Assembly: GCA_964636055.1 (NCBI GenBank)
Contig: CAZWPI010000001.1
Coordinates: 1-56,652 of the forward strand
Direction of reading: 5' to 3'
Length of the DNA: 56,652 nt
From: an uncultured Candidatus Bathyarchaeia archaeon
GTDB taxonomy: Archaea; Thermoproteota; Bathyarchaeia; Bathyarchaeales; Bathycorpusculaceae
Part shown: piece by piece, positions 56,037 to 56,652 of the stretch
Position numbering within the stretch: the first letter of the stretch is position 1
How the letters are laid out: every line of letters begins with the position of its first letter
The notes under the pieces: generated by a model
Told to the model about the DNA's origin: nothing
The model's input: only the letters and a program-made list of their open reading frames with translations
Database searches by the model: none
Position numbers and translations under genes: made by a program

Positions 56037-56652
56037 ACTGGAAGAATGTCCTTCGACTGGTAAACGTCAATGTAAAGTCTTACAGAATGATCAGAGGCTC
56101 TCGACTCCGAAAGTTCCGAGAGAATAGGCTGGTCACATATATCCTATACATAGGCGCCTGCGTGATCGGCGTATTCGCAGGCTGGGTCGTGGGGAATTTT
56201 TACATTGGAATATCCGATTTGGCGTTGCAAGACGCCATTGTTGAGGGCGCTAAATCTCTATTCATCTCACTCCCAACCATATCGCTTCTATACGGTCTAG
56301 TTTTAACCCAGATGAGTCAATTCCAACGGGTTGGCGCAAAAGTATCAATCCAGCCCGTTTACTGGTTTCCTATTTCTTGGCAAGAGCACACCTTGGCGTC
56401 AATACTATCTAACATTCTTGGCACACCATTGATAGTCACTGCGTTCATCTGTTCTGGTGTATTAGTAGCTTCCATTTTTTTGGGACTTGTTCCTCTAGCA
56501 GCGCTCACCATACTCGCTCTGTTCATAAGCGTCCTCTTGGCTAGCGTGACCACTGAAGTTTTCAAGACTTTGAATGTTAGGCTTTCTGGTGCCATGACAA
56601 AAGTTGCCGGTCGCGCAACCATGTGGATTAGGCTTTTAGGGTCTGTCGGGTC
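56033..56652 (+). CDS. ABC-2-type permease, 5' part (runs off the window)
   Basis: ATG overlaps the ATPase stop (ATGA); hand translation is open to the window end and hydrophobic. Confidence 0.6.
   Translation, partial: MNWKNVLRLVNVNVKSYRMIRGSRLRKFRENRLVTYILYIGACVIGVFAGWVVGNFYIGISDLALQDAIVEGAKSLFISLPTISLLYGLVLTQMSQFQRVGAKVSIQPVYWFPISWQEHTLASILSNILGTPLIVTAFICSGVLVASIFLGLVPLAALTILALFISVLLASVTTEVFKTLNVRLSGAMTKVAGRATMWIRLLGSVG

Noticed and set aside
1-56652. CRISPR arrays, rRNA genes, and group I/II introns
   Set aside because: No regularly spaced direct repeats with unique spacers were seen. There are no long GC-rich structured non-coding stretches. The only periodic repeats are protein-coding (11.9-12.2 kb and the propeller genes).

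Overview
Archaeal chromosome segment. The calls rest on TBP, Alba, deoxyhypusine synthase and an archaeal-type ribosomal-protein operon containing eS4, eL32, eL19 and RNase P p29. Lineage cannot be assigned by eye, and all domain calls are motif recognition without searches.

Layout:
- 0.2-3.4 kb: small accessory patch with a wHTH/HhH-like protein, a frameshifted EEP nuclease and an RHH-like protein.
- 3.4-8.8 kb: core genes (tbp, alba, PAP2 phosphatase, stand-alone RAM protein, dys), interrupted by two oversized non-coding gaps full of short repeated blocks and tRNA-like scraps.
- 8.86-22.35 kb: tRNA-Gln(CUG) followed by a ~13.4-kb AT-richer integrated-element array bounded by four copies of the tRNA 3' end. 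It carries a 5'-truncated tyrosine recombinase and a defence-type cargo: an Mrr-like nuclease, a coiled-coil PD-(D/E)xK protein, a helicase-IV/UvrD-like helicase, a DUF655-like gene, a Zn-ribbon plus minimal CHAT/caspase-like pair, and AbiEi/AbiEii. A family of AGAAGTAGT hairpins separates the modules.
- 22.5-26.9 kb: MinD/ParA ATPase, two RAM proteins, S51 peptidase, wHTH regulator, orphan MNT.
- 27.2-35.8 kb: r-protein operon from uL22 to uL30.
- 36.3-38.2 kb: acs.
- 38.9-51.2 kb: surface proteins (CARDB-like, two PQQ-propeller proteins) flanking a BcrAD-type ATPase / HgdB-like / NapH-like redox cluster and an IS remnant.
- 51.7-56.6 kb: hypotheticals, an HhH-GPD glycosylase and an ABC transporter.

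Most interesting items:
- The Zn-ribbon + minimal CHAT-like two-gene module and the helicase + coiled-coil nuclease module inside the tRNA-Gln island.
- The hairpin family that delimits the cargo modules.
- A ~108-nt twin-box repeat (TATA-like + G-run + CTATAG), with relatives scattered through intergenic DNA.
- Sharply bounded patches of extreme A+C versus G+T strand skew, one of which ends inside rps3.
- Four accessory genes broken by single-base changes in short homopolymer runs. These may be sequencing artefacts.

No CRISPR array and no rRNA were seen.
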